Assembly: GCA_964408945.1 (NCBI GenBank) | Contig: CAYPBJ010000006.1 | Coordinates: 7,643-71,642 of the forward strand | Reading direction: 5' to 3' | Source: an uncultured Rhizobium sp. | GTDB taxonomy: Bacteria > Bacteroidota > Bacteroidia > NS11-12g > UBA955 | Length of the DNA stretch: 64,000 nucleotides | Shown here: in pieces, positions 55,250 to 64,000 of the stretch | Numbering within the stretch: position 1 is the first letter of the stretch | How the letters are laid out: every line of letters begins with the position of its first letter | Translations under genes and position numbers: made by a program | The notes under the pieces: generated by a model | The model's input: only the letters and a program-made list of their open reading frames with translations | What the model was told of the DNA's origin: nothing | The model's database searches: none

Positions 55250-56155
55250 ATGATTGATCCAAAATTGGTTTATTTACTTCTAAGTGTGGCGCTTTCCAGC
55301 GGCATTTTCATGGTATTTAAAGCGGTTGGAAGGCTCAAGTTAGAGTTGTTTCCGGTGGTGGTTATCAATTATTTGACCTGTTTCTTATTGGGCAACTTAT
55401 TGTTGGGGTCAGATCATGTTTTGAATTCGGAAATCATACAGTTGCCTGGATTTTTTCCAACGGCATCTATGGGTTTGATCTTTGTGGGGACATTTGTTTT
55501 GATGGGACATTCAACACATAGAGCGGGCGCTTCTATGAGTGCGATGGCTTCAAAAATGAGTGTTGTGATTCCAGTATTGGTTGCGGTGATTTTCTTGGGT
55601 GAAAATATTGGTTTTAAAGGAATTGCAGGCATTTTATTGGCCTTGATAAGCGTTTATTTGGTATCAACGGGTTCAGAATCAAGTACAGGTTCAGGCTTAG
55701 GTTCCGTTTCTTTGGGCAGATTTGATCCTGTTTTGTTGTTAGTATTTATAGGTTCGGGTATGGTTGATACCGGTTTAAATCTGATTAAATATGTTGATTT
55801 TAAGGGATTTAATAACCTCCAATTTGCTACTATAACATTTGGTGGAGCTGCGGTTGTGGCTTTAATGGTTTCCGTTTTTCAATTAAAAAGTTGGAAGTTA
55901 TTTTTCCTTCAAGGTAGTTCTAAGGGTATACTCTTGGGCATTCTTTTGGGTACCATTAACTATTTCTCTATAGTGGCAATGTACGCTGCAATTGATGCAT
56001 ATCAAGGAAAGACGGGTATTTTCTTTACTTTGAATAATATAGGTGTGCTGCTCCTTACGGTTTTCTTGGGATATTTCCTTGGCGAAAAATACAATTCAAA
56101 GACCCTGTTTGGGGTGTTTTTTGCGATAATTGCCATTTTGTTGTTGGGATTTTAA
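55250..56155 (+). CDS. DMT/EamA-like 10-TM membrane transporter
   Basis: 301 aa with two-fold repeated five-helix hydrophobic architecture and no other motif. Confidence 0.55.
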   Translation: MIDPKLVYLLLSVALSSGIFMVFKAVGRLKLELFPVVVINYLTCFLLGNLLLGSDHVLNSEIIQLPGFFPTASMGLIFVGTFVLMGHSTHRAGASMSAMASKMSVVIPVLVAVIFLGENIGFKGIAGILLALISVYLVSTGSESSTGSGLGSVSLGRFDPVLLLVFIGSGMVDTGLNLIKYVDFKGFNNLQFATITFGGAAVVALMVSVFQLKSWKLFFLQGSSKGILLGILLGTINYFSIVAMYAAIDAYQGKTGIFFTLNNIGVLLLTVFLGYFLGEKYNSKTLFGVFFAIIAILLLGF

Positions 56156-56165
56156 TGTTGTTTTG

Positions 56166-56771
56166 ATGCTCTTTTCAGATACCTATTATGAGATTCAAAA
56201 TGACGCGGAATCTTCGCTTCTAGAGAAGGGGAGCCGTTTTTTAGCTTATTCTCTTTATGTTAAGTCAGAATTGCAAGTAAAGGAAAAACTGCATCTGTTG
56301 AAATCAAAATATCCCGATGCAACCCATCATTGCTATGCATTTGTATTGGGACAAGGTTCCGAAGCTCAACGATTCAATGATGATGGTGAGCCTTCAGGTT
56401 CGGCTGGTAGACCCATACTTCGGGCCATTTTATCTATGGGATTGACCAATGTATTGGTAGTGGTTGTGAGGTATTTCGGAGGAACGCTTTTGGGAATACC
56501 TGGATTGATTGAGGCCTATGGCGGAGCCGCAAAATTGGTTTTAAGCGAATCTGGGAAATTAGAACGGGTTCAGGAAGAACAGTTTACCGTATCAACTTCC
56601 TTTGAGCACGAACAAGAAATTCACCAATTACTCAGAGGATTTGATGCTCGTATTTTGGATAGGCAGTATACAGATAAGATTTCCTATACTGTAGCAGTCA
56701 GAAAAACAGAAATTATGCAGTTTGAGTCAAAGGCGGAAAAGGCATATCTTCTGGAAGTTCAAGTCGTTTAG
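56166..56771 (+). CDS. yigZ: YigZ/IMPACT-family (UPF0029) protein
   Basis: Motifs HHCYAF and DDGEPSGSAGRPIL, plus a C-terminal DUF1949-like region. Start is placed at ATG 56166. Confidence 0.8.
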   Translation: MLFSDTYYEIQNDAESSLLEKGSRFLAYSLYVKSELQVKEKLHLLKSKYPDATHHCYAFVLGQGSEAQRFNDDGEPSGSAGRPILRAILSMGLTNVLVVVVRYFGGTLLGIPGLIEAYGGAAKLVLSESGKLERVQEEQFTVSTSFEHEQEIHQLLRGFDARILDRQYTDKISYTVAVRKTEIMQFESKAEKAYLLEVQVV

Positions 56772-57429
56772 TTTCGTCGCTTTTTGCATTGCCAATTTGG
56801 AATCGGACGTATTTGATTTTTTTCCCTTCAGCAAGCCAAATTGATTCGTAGAACGTTCGAATTTTTAGGAACTCCGGAACTGGAATCATGCTGTAAACAT
56901 CATTGATATTGGCCTCGCAAACCAGTTGATCTAAAACAATTTGTTCCAATGCCGTTTGGTAGAATAAGTCAGAGTCGGTTTTGACGTTCATCTTAGCAGT
57001 AGAGGGCATGATTTGACGATAAATGTTCAAAAATCTGCCGCTGATCAATCTTTTTGGGCGTTTATGCGGTTGAGGGTCAGGGAAGGTGATCCATGCTTCG
57101 GAAACTTCGTTGGGCGCGAAATATTCAGGTGCCTTGTCAATTTCAATTCGTAAAAATCTGACGTTTTCAAGGCCATCTTCTAACGCAATTTTAGCGCCCT
57201 TCCAAAGGCGGTTGCCTTTTATATCCACACCAATGTAATTGATATGAGGATTCATCCGGGCAAGTCCGATGGAATATTCGCCCTTGCCACAAGCAAATTC
57301 GACAACAATGGGATTTGAATTGCCGAAGATTTCGTGCCAACGTCCGCGGGTTTCATGAGAATAATCGAGGGTGTTGGGGAAGGCATCGAATTCAGCGAAT
57401 TTCTCGAGCTTGTTTTTACCTTTGGACAT
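56713..57429 (-). CDS. trmB: tRNA (guanine46-N7)-methyltransferase TrmB
   Basis: Motifs KNKLEKFAEF, VEFACGKGEYSIGLA (SAM-binding), NYIGVDIKG and WITFPDPQP. Start is placed at MSKGKNK (57429). Confidence 0.85.
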   Translation of the reverse strand: MSKGKNKLEKFAEFDAFPNTLDYSHETRGRWHEIFGNSNPIVVEFACGKGEYSIGLARMNPHINYIGVDIKGNRLWKGAKIALEDGLENVRFLRIEIDKAPEYFAPNEVSEAWITFPDPQPHKRPKRLISGRFLNIYRQIMPSTAKMNVKTDSDLFYQTALEQIVLDQLVCEANINDVYSMIPVPEFLKIRTFYESIWLAEGKKIKYVRFQIGNAKSDETKRLELPEDMPFPPLTQTA

Positions 57430-57433
57430 TTGG

Positions 57434-58048
57434 ATGCAAAAAAACAATAAATTTAGGAGTTGTCCTACTTTTGCAGTTGTGTTTCTATCACCTCAATTAT
57501 TGATTCAGGCATACTTGTCAGGCAGCTTTCCAATGGCTGACCCTGACGAAGGCAATCAGATCTATTGGCACACCCCGCAGATCAGAGGCATTATACCTTT
57601 AGATGATCGGTTCAAAGTTTCTAAAAACTTACGAAGATTGTATAAGAGCAATAAGTTTGATCTATTTATTAACCGTGATTTTGAAACGGTGATACGTAAA
57701 TGTTCAGAATTGAGAAATGAAGATACTTGGATATCTGAAGAAATAATAGATGCATATACGGCACTTCACCACGAGGGGTTTGCACATAGTTTTGAGGCCT
57801 ACTTAGATGGCGAGTTGGTGGGTGGGCTGTATGGTGTGAGTATCAGAAAAGCATTTTTTGGAGAAAGTATGTTTCATACTGTAACCGACGCAAGTAAAGT
57901 CGCATTGGTTTTTTTGGTGGAATTTCTCAGAGAGAAGAATTTCAAATTGCTCGATACTCAATATCTGAATCCACATATTGCGCAATTTGGAGCATATGAG
58001 ATTCCGCATAAAGAATATTTGAAACTTTTAGAACAAGCCATTGAATAA
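57434..58048 (+). CDS. aat: Leucyl/phenylalanyl-tRNA--protein transferase
   Basis: Motifs LLIQAYLSGSFPMAD, IYWHTPQIRGIIPLD.FKVSKNLRR, GFAHSFE, GELVGGLYGVSI...FFGESMF and LDTQ. The exact start is uncertain; ATG 57434 was chosen. Confidence 0.8.
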   Translation: MQKNNKFRSCPTFAVVFLSPQLLIQAYLSGSFPMADPDEGNQIYWHTPQIRGIIPLDDRFKVSKNLRRLYKSNKFDLFINRDFETVIRKCSELRNEDTWISEEIIDAYTALHHEGFAHSFEAYLDGELVGGLYGVSIRKAFFGESMFHTVTDASKVALVFLVEFLREKNFKLLDTQYLNPHIAQFGAYEIPHKEYLKLLEQAIE

Positions 58049-58079
58049 AAATGTTGAAATTTGACTCACTCTAGGAACC

Positions 58080-58841
58080 ATGAAACTGAACGTTGAATAC
58101 AAAGACAAAAACTACTCTGTTGACCTGAACCAATTTCATTCTTTGGCCTTGGGATTTGGACCTGGAGCAGAAAATCCAAATGCATTCTACATTAACCCTG
58201 CTCAAATTGTGCCCATTCGGGTGGGTGATTTTGTGGGAAGTGTTGCTGAGGGAGGAAGTGCAAATTGTGAGGTAGTTACTTATTGTGCTCATGGAAACGG
58301 CACTCACACAGAGTGTGTTGGACACATTTCAAAAGACAGAGTTCATGTTTCTGAATGCAGGTTCAATCCATCTATGCTTGCGCAAGTAATCAGTGTAGAA
58401 TTGGTTAATAAAGAGGGTGATTGGGTTATCGATAGCGAGTGTCTGAAGAATGTATCTTTTGAATCTGTACCCGCTTTGGTGATAAGAAGTTTACCAAACA
58501 GTGTAGATAAAAAAAATAGGGTTTGGAGCGGAAATAATCCTCCGTATTTTACGGTTGAAGCTATGAAAATGATTGTGGATGCTGGGTTTTCTCAGTTATT
58601 GACTGATTTTCCATCGGTAGATAGGGAAGAAGATTCAGGAGCTTTGGCCGCGCATAGGGTTTGGTGGAACGTTCCTCAAGGAACCACAGATCTATCTAAA
58701 GCTAGAAGAGATGCGTGCATTACGGAGTTGATTTTTGTTTCTGATTCAGTGACAGATGGTTTGTATCTGTTGCAGTTGATTTTGCCTAAAATACACTCCG
58801 ATGCAGTACCTACAAATCCCCTATTGTATTCATTGATATAG
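58080..58841 (+). CDS. Putative cyclase-family protein (arylformamidase/kynurenine formamidase-like)
   Basis: HGNGTHTECVGHI resembles the HxGTHxDxPxH metal site of PF04199 cyclases. Size is consistent with the family. Confidence 0.5.
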   Translation: MKLNVEYKDKNYSVDLNQFHSLALGFGPGAENPNAFYINPAQIVPIRVGDFVGSVAEGGSANCEVVTYCAHGNGTHTECVGHISKDRVHVSECRFNPSMLAQVISVELVNKEGDWVIDSECLKNVSFESVPALVIRSLPNSVDKKNRVWSGNNPPYFTVEAMKMIVDAGFSQLLTDFPSVDREEDSGALAAHRVWWNVPQGTTDLSKARRDACITELIFVSDSVTDGLYLLQLILPKIHSDAVPTNPLLYSLI

Positions 58842-58858
58842 AGTTAAATAAATATTCA

Positions 58859-59890
58859 ATGCAAGAAAAGTTTCTTTATGCAATCAATGCACTGACTTCA
58901 CGCATGTATTCAGCGTTTAGAAAACATCCATCTTTGGTGGATACTGAATCAGTGAAACAGATTGTTTGTGTAAAGCTCGATGAGATAGGAGATATGGTGA
59001 CAGCATTGAATGTCTTCGATTTGTTGAAATTGAAATTTCCCCACGCGCAAATCACGGTGGTTTGCAAACCCTTCGTGGGTTCATTGCTAGACAATAACCC
59101 CAGTGTTCATAGAGTGGTTCATCAATTAAATGAAAATCTTCAGGCAGATATTTGGGTAGAATTGCGTGGAACTTGGAAAACCTGGTGGAAGTCTTTATAT
59201 AGTGGGGCTCAAGTAAGGGTTGATAGAGGAAGTATTCGATTTAAACAGAGGGGCAATCAACCGCATGAAACCATCACCAATTTTAGAATTGTTGAACCTC
59301 TGTTAGGTGCAGAACTTAAATTGAATTCGGTACGGGCTCAATTGTTTTTAAATGAGCGGGAGAAAAATGAAGTTAGACAGGTTTGCAATGAATTGGGAAT
59401 TTCTGAGGCAACAAAGTTTTGTTTGATTCATCCCGGGGGACGAAGTCTTTTAAGACGTTGGCCGGTAGATAGATTTCAAAAGATCATTCTATTTTTAGAG
59501 GAAAAAGGGTTCAAATGCGTGGTTTTTGGCTCAAAAGAGGAGCGTGATTTATTGAGTGAATTTAATCTGCAGAATTCAAAAACGGTGATTTGGGAAACCA
59601 AAGAATCGCTGAGGGTTTTCTATGGAGTTTTGCAAAAAGCCCAACTTTTTATTGGTAACGAAAGCGGGCCGCTTCAATTAGCAGACCTTGCTGGGGTTGC
59701 TTCTGTTGGACTTTTTGGCCCGGGGGTAGAAAGAGTGTTTTATCCTCAGGGAGAAAAAGCCCGGGTCATTCATAAGGTGCTGCCATGCAATCCATGCGAT
59801 CAAATTCACTGCAGCAGATACAACAGTAGATGCATGCTGCATATCTCCACCGATGAAGTGGTTCAATCAATATTAGATCTCGCAAAGTAA
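58859..59890 (+). CDS. Glycosyltransferase family 9 (LPS heptosyltransferase-like)
   Basis: Motifs IHPGGRSLLRRWP.DRF and FIGNESGPLQLADLAGV. GT-B layout; 343 aa. Confidence 0.75.
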   Translation: MQEKFLYAINALTSRMYSAFRKHPSLVDTESVKQIVCVKLDEIGDMVTALNVFDLLKLKFPHAQITVVCKPFVGSLLDNNPSVHRVVHQLNENLQADIWVELRGTWKTWWKSLYSGAQVRVDRGSIRFKQRGNQPHETITNFRIVEPLLGAELKLNSVRAQLFLNEREKNEVRQVCNELGISEATKFCLIHPGGRSLLRRWPVDRFQKIILFLEEKGFKCVVFGSKEERDLLSEFNLQNSKTVIWETKESLRVFYGVLQKAQLFIGNESGPLQLADLAGVASVGLFGPGVERVFYPQGEKARVIHKVLPCNPCDQIHCSRYNSRCMLHISTDEVVQSILDLAK

Positions 59891-59950
59891 TTGTGGTGAT
59901 TAGTTAACCATAATCCAATAATTGGTACACTTTTTGCTTATTTTGAACTT

Positions 59951-60778
59951 ATGCATCAACCCTTCGAAGTAGTGGTTTTGGGAACGGCATCTGCTACCCC
60001 AACAAGAGATCGGAATCCGAGCTCTCACTATGTTCGATTTGGGAATAATCATATTTTGATTGATTGCGGAGAGGGTACCCAAAACCAGTTGTTAAAGTAC
60101 GGTCTCAAAATGCACAAAATCAGAACAATCTTGATTACCCATTTGCATGGAGATCATTACTTTGGGTTGCCAGGTTTGCTTTTTTCAATGGCCTTGAACA
60201 ACAGACAAGAACCACTTACCCTGGTGGGTCCCAGTGATTTAAAAAAGTTCATTGAAGATATTTTAGCACATGGCAATGGAAGATTCACTTATGAAATCAA
60301 TTTTATTTCTACAGAAAACAGAGAAAATGGCTTGATTTTAGACGGTGGAGATTTTCATGTTCACACGGTTAATTTACAACACCGCATTCCGTGCACTGGT
60401 TTTGTAATTGAAGAAGTAAAAGTAGGTCGAAATCACCTAGGAAACTACCGGAAATACGCCTACATCTCTGATACCATTTACGATGAATCTATAGTTCCAT
60501 TTATTGAAAATTCAGACTTGTTATATCACGAGGCTACATTTTTACATGATCGTTTAGATAGAGCTGAACAGACTTTCCACACTACGGCATTGCAAACAGG
60601 GAAAATTGCTTCATTGGCGGGGGTCAAGAAATTGTTGATTGGGCATTTCAGCTCGAGATATACTGATTTGGAGCCTTTAAGACAGGAAGCGGCAACCCAG
60701 TTTGAATTAGTTGAATTGGCAGTAGAAGGCAAAGTTTTGGAGTTAATTCCTCAACTGACCGAAGTTGGGCAGAATTGA
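59951..60778 (+). CDS. rnz: Ribonuclease Z (metallo-beta-lactamase fold)
   Basis: Motifs VLGTASATPT..RN.SS, LIDCGEGTQ, ITHLHGDHYFGLPGLL and a C-terminal GHFS.RY. At 275 aa it is somewhat shorter than typical. Confidence 0.8.
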   Translation: MHQPFEVVVLGTASATPTRDRNPSSHYVRFGNNHILIDCGEGTQNQLLKYGLKMHKIRTILITHLHGDHYFGLPGLLFSMALNNRQEPLTLVGPSDLKKFIEDILAHGNGRFTYEINFISTENRENGLILDGGDFHVHTVNLQHRIPCTGFVIEEVKVGRNHLGNYRKYAYISDTIYDESIVPFIENSDLLYHEATFLHDRLDRAEQTFHTTALQTGKIASLAGVKKLLIGHFSSRYTDLEPLRQEAATQFELVELAVEGKVLELIPQLTEVGQN

Positions 60779-60847
60779 GTACACCTCTTTATCTGTGTAT
60801 AAAACCAAATTTTTAGTGGCATCTTTCGTTTTACATTCGTAAAACGC

Positions 60848-63364
60848 ATGAGTGCACCCAAGAAAAAAAACGATAAAAAGCAAGTTTCAGATTTTCTAAA
60901 AGATTCGCCTTCCGATAAGTCAGAGCGAATTTCCGGCTCAGAAATATTTAGGGCTGCATCTATGAAAAACGAAACTACCCGCCGGGTGTTGGGTTTTTTG
61001 TTGTTGGCATTTTCCTTCATTTTAACCATCAGTTTCGTTTCATTCTTCTTCTCTTGGAAGTCAGATCAGAGTTTCCTAGCCGATGGCGATTGGGAATTAT
61101 TCAGAGAAAATCAAGGCGAAGTGGCGAATGTGATGGGACTCATGGGAGCCAGACTGGGTTACTTTTTTGTGCATAATGGCTTTGGAATAGCCGCATTTTT
61201 TATTCTTCCCTATTTGGTGTTGTCGGGAATGTATTTGCTCCTCGATTATCGCCCTTTTTCATTGCTGCGAATTCTTATACACTCTTTGCTTTTTATGGGA
61301 TGGTTTTCTCTTTTCTTGGGATTTGCTTTCCAGTGGTGGTTTCCACTTTTGGGTGGAACCTTCGGATATTTTGGAGTGCAACAACTCCAAAATGGAATTG
61401 GTATTGCCGGAACTGTGATTTTCCTAATCACTTTTGCCGTTCTTTATTCATTTATTTTCTTGAATGCCAATCCGTTTGCAAAGCTGATGCGGAAATCTGA
61501 TGATCTTGATGAAAGTCCAGAAATAGAAGCTGAAAATGAAAAAGTAAATGAATCCCCAAAATCAAGCATATTTGAACCTCAAATAATTGAAGACGACTTC
61601 GAAGATTCACCGTTTGTCAATGAAGATGAACCCGTTGAAGAGCTTAACGAAGAGACATTCCCCGAAATAAAAAATCCCCAAGAAGAAGAGGAAGAAGAAG
61701 AAGAGCCTGAGGAAGAATTTGAGAACTTCAACAATCAGCCCCCTCAAAAAATTGAGGCGTCGTTTAAGATTGAAGATTTGACCCAAGACGAAGAAGAACT
61801 TGTGGAAGTTAATTTAGCCGATGTTCAAAGTGGTTCGGAGTACGGAAGTATTGATAGCGAGTACGATCCGAGGGCAGATTTGAGTGGCTACAGGTTCCCA
61901 ACCTTAGATCTTTTGAAGGAATATGATACCAAAAAGCAGGAGATTGATGTAGCTGAAATTGAGCGCAGTAAGAAGCTGATTGAAGATACGTTGGGCCATT
62001 ATAAAATTGGTATTTCCACCATTATGGCATCGGTTGGGCCAACGGTAACTTTATATGAAATTGTGCCAGCTCCTGGGGTTAAAATATCCAAAATTAAGAA
62101 CTTAGAAGATGATATTGCCTTGAGTTTGGCGGCCTTGGGAATTCGTATTATTGCGCCCATTCCCGGTAAAGGTACCATTGGTATTGAGGTGCCAAATCGA
62201 AATCCAGAGGTGGTTCCCATGAGAGCGGTATTGGCATCCAAGAAATTCCAAGAGAACGATTTTCAACTTCCGGTGGCTCTGGGGAAGACCATTTCCAACG
62301 AAATCTTTGTGGCTGATTTAGCAAAAATGCCCCACCTTTTGATGGCTGGAGCCACTGGTCAAGGTAAATCGGTTGGATTGAATGCTATCTTGGTATCGCT
62401 GCTGTATAAAAAACACCCTGCCTACATAAAGTTTGTTCTTGTAGATCCCAAAAAGGTTGAATTGACCTTATACAATAAGATTGAGCGACATTTCTTGGCA
62501 AAACTCCCCGGAGATGGTGACGCCATTATCACAGACAATCAAAAGGTTATTCATACCCTGAATTCTCTTTGTGTGGAAATGGATGACCGCTACAAGCTCC
62601 TTCAAGACGCGATGGTGAGGAACATTGTTGAATACAATTCAAAGTTTTTAAAACGCAAATTGAATCCCCAAAACGGTCACCGATTTATGCCCTACATTGT
62701 GGTTGTGATTGATGAGGTTGCCGATTTGATGATGACCGCTGGTAAAGAAATTGAAATTCCCATCGCACGACTTGCACAATTGGCTCGAGCCATTGGAATT
62801 CACTTGATTTTAGCAACTCAGCGTCCATCGGTGAACGTAATTACGGGTATGATCAAAGCCAACTTCCCATCGCGAATTGCTTTCAGGGTAACGTCTAAAA
62901 TTGATTCTCGAACCATTCTAGATGGAAACGGTGCTGATCAATTGATAGGTAAGGGTGATATGCTTTACAGCGGCGGCAACGATATGATTCGCTTGCAATG
63001 TCCGTTTGTTGACACCCCAGAAGTGGAAGATATTGTTGATTTTATTGGTGAGCAGAGAGCATATCCAACGGCTTATATCCTCCCCGAAATTCAAACCGAT
63101 GAAGGAAAAGGCGGCGGCGGTGATTTTGATTCTAGCGACCGGGATTCCATGTTTGAAGATGCGGCGCGCATCATTGTGCAGAACCAAGTGGGAAGTACTA
63201 GTATGATTCAGAGAAAACTAAAGATAGGTTATAATAGGGCAGGTCGTTTGATGGATCAGTTGGAGGATGCAGGAGTTGTAGGGCCAAACCTTGGAAGCAA
63301 ACCGCGTCAGGTAATAATACCTGATGAAATTGCCTTGGAACAGTTTTTGCAAACTCTTGATTAA
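60848..63364 (+). CDS. ftsK: DNA translocase FtsK
   Basis: N-terminal TM helices, then an acidic low-complexity linker (EEEEEEEEPEEE). Walker A is GATGQGKS and Walker B is VVVIDEVADL. The gamma-domain wHTH reads STSMIQRKLKIGYNRAGRLMDQLE. Confidence 0.92.
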   Translation: MSAPKKKNDKKQVSDFLKDSPSDKSERISGSEIFRAASMKNETTRRVLGFLLLAFSFILTISFVSFFFSWKSDQSFLADGDWELFRENQGEVANVMGLMGARLGYFFVHNGFGIAAFFILPYLVLSGMYLLLDYRPFSLLRILIHSLLFMGWFSLFLGFAFQWWFPLLGGTFGYFGVQQLQNGIGIAGTVIFLITFAVLYSFIFLNANPFAKLMRKSDDLDESPEIEAENEKVNESPKSSIFEPQIIEDDFEDSPFVNEDEPVEELNEETFPEIKNPQEEEEEEEEPEEEFENFNNQPPQKIEASFKIEDLTQDEEELVEVNLADVQSGSEYGSIDSEYDPRADLSGYRFPTLDLLKEYDTKKQEIDVAEIERSKKLIEDTLGHYKIGISTIMASVGPTVTLYEIVPAPGVKISKIKNLEDDIALSLAALGIRIIAPIPGKGTIGIEVPNRNPEVVPMRAVLASKKFQENDFQLPVALGKTISNEIFVADLAKMPHLLMAGATGQGKSVGLNAILVSLLYKKHPAYIKFVLVDPKKVELTLYNKIERHFLAKLPGDGDAIITDNQKVIHTLNSLCVEMDDRYKLLQDAMVRNIVEYNSKFLKRKLNPQNGHRFMPYIVVVIDEVADLMMTAGKEIEIPIARLAQLARAIGIHLILATQRPSVNVITGMIKANFPSRIAFRVTSKIDSRTILDGNGADQLIGKGDMLYSGGNDMIRLQCPFVDTPEVEDIVDFIGEQRAYPTAYILPEIQTDEGKGGGGDFDSSDRDSMFEDAARIIVQNQVGSTSMIQRKLKIGYNRAGRLMDQLEDAGVVGPNLGSKPRQVIIPDEIALEQFLQTLD

Positions 63365-63387
63365 GAATTAACTTTGAAGCAGAATTT

Positions 63388-64000
63388 ATGAAATCAATTA
63401 TAAAAATTTGGGCTCTTGTTTTAGCAATGTTTGTGGGTGTGGCTGCGAATGCTCAAACGGATGCAAAATCTAAAGTTATTCTTCAAAACGTAGAAAAGCT
63501 TTATAAGTCATATAAAACCATTCAAACTGAATTTAAAATAACAACAAAGGTTGCCAATAGAAAGCCATCGGTTGCTTCAGGTTCCCTGTGGTTGAAAGGA
63601 ATCAAGTTTAAAGTTAAATACGATAATCAAGAAGTATACTGTGACGGTAAAACCATCTGGTCATACAATCCCACAGACGAAGAAGTTACCCTTGAAGACT
63701 ATAGCACTCGCACCAACAATTTATCACCTCAAGAAATTTTTACCTTTTTCAATCAAGGCTTCAAAGCCAATTACGAAGGTCCTGTAACCAGCGGAAAATC
63801 CACAAGAGACGTCATCAAATTGGTACCCAAGAAGCGCAAAGAAAAATACGCATACATCAAAATTGAGGTTGAAAAGGGCACATACAAACTCCGAAGAGTC
63901 ATTCAACACTATAAAAACGGCACAGACGTAGTCATCGATTTAGGCGAAGTTCAAGGCAATAAAACCATCAACGACGCCATTTTCACTTGGGACACTAAAT
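63388..64000 (+). CDS. lolA: LolA-like outer-membrane lipoprotein carrier protein; the 3' end lies outside the window
   Basis: Hand translation from ATG 63388 gives MKSIIKIWALVLAMFVGVAANAQTDAKSKVILQNVEKLYKSYKTIQTEFKITT...GSLWLKG.KFKV. This is a signal peptide plus the LolA-like opening, in the conserved ftsK-lolA neighbourhood. The frame is open to the window end. Confidence 0.7.
   Translation, partial: MKSIIKIWALVLAMFVGVAANAQTDAKSKVILQNVEKLYKSYKTIQTEFKITTKVANRKPSVASGSLWLKGIKFKVKYDNQEVYCDGKTIWSYNPTDEEVTLEDYSTRTNNLSPQEIFTFFNQGFKANYEGPVTSGKSTRDVIKLVPKKRKEKYAYIKIEVEKGTYKLRRVIQHYKNGTDVVIDLGEVQGNKTINDAIFTWDTK

Noticed and set aside
60827-60846. 8-bp hairpin CGTTTTAC-attc-GTAAAACG ending 1 nt before the ftsK ATG.
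   Set aside because: It is short, AT-rich and low in stability, with no U-tract. It could modestly occlude the start region, but there is nothing to distinguish it from chance in AT-rich DNA.
1-64000. Searched for CRISPR arrays, IS/transposase, integrase, phage, toxin-antitoxin pairs, rRNA and other structured ncRNA genes.
   Set aside because: No regularly spaced direct repeats with unique spacers were found. No DDE or tyrosine/serine recombinase motifs appear in any tracked ORF. No intergenic region longer than ~460 nt exists, and the only long one (7604-8063) is described above. The remaining nested ORFs of 60-140 aa inside larger genes (e.g. 427..630, 564..986, 4761..5102, 13623..13964, 49270..49644, 53087..53455) are overlapping or antisense shadows without motifs.

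Overview
This looks like a chromosomal window from a Bacteroidota (Flavobacteriia-like) genome. The evidence is T9SS sorting domains, PorP/SprF genes, a fused ccoNO gene and a TTG/TAnnTTTG-type promoter; the sequence is AT-rich by eye. I found no rRNA, CRISPR array, transposase, integrase or phage genes.

Layout:
- 1-6.0 kb: kdsA 3' end, a TPR/beta-propeller/OmpA lipoprotein, a tiny protein that is little more than a T9SS C-terminal domain (CTD), and an M1 aminopeptidase.
- 6.1-8.5 kb: tRNA-Asp followed by an AT-rich Fic gene. Upstream of fic are two arrays of a 12-bp phased repeat and an 18-bp perfect palindrome.
- 8.7-16 kb: an ASPIC/FG-GAP lipoprotein, a lipocalin-like lipoprotein, a photolyase-related gene that lacks the Fe-S cysteines, and a large outer-membrane beta-barrel.
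- 15.9-40.7 kb (dominant feature): a T9SS type-B cargo locus. It holds a 4584-aa PKD-repeat protein and a 2009-aa SprB-repeat/Ig-like/TSP3 protein joined by ATGA overlaps. Two PorP/SprF genes, a DUF3078 outer-membrane protein and an OmpA/TPR/beta-propeller gene flank them. The PKD gene contains a nucleotide-perfect 765-bp tandem duplication and a ~1.03-kb four-domain super-repeat.
- 40.8-42.8 kb: small secreted/membrane orphan genes, including a tandem paralog pair.
- 42.8-52.3 kb: a complete cbb3 oxidase cluster (ccoI, ccoS, ccoNO, an untracked ccoQ-like ORF, ccoP, ccoG, ccoH, a DsbD_2/TauE-like gene). It ends in an FNR-type regulator. Two similar TGAy-N4-ATCA boxes sit ahead of ccoI and ccoS.
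- 52.3-64 kb: housekeeping genes (nhaA, ribD, DMT transporter, yigZ, trmB, aat, cyclase, GT9, rnz, ftsK, lolA 5' end).

All functional calls come from motif recognition in the supplied translations. No database search was run.
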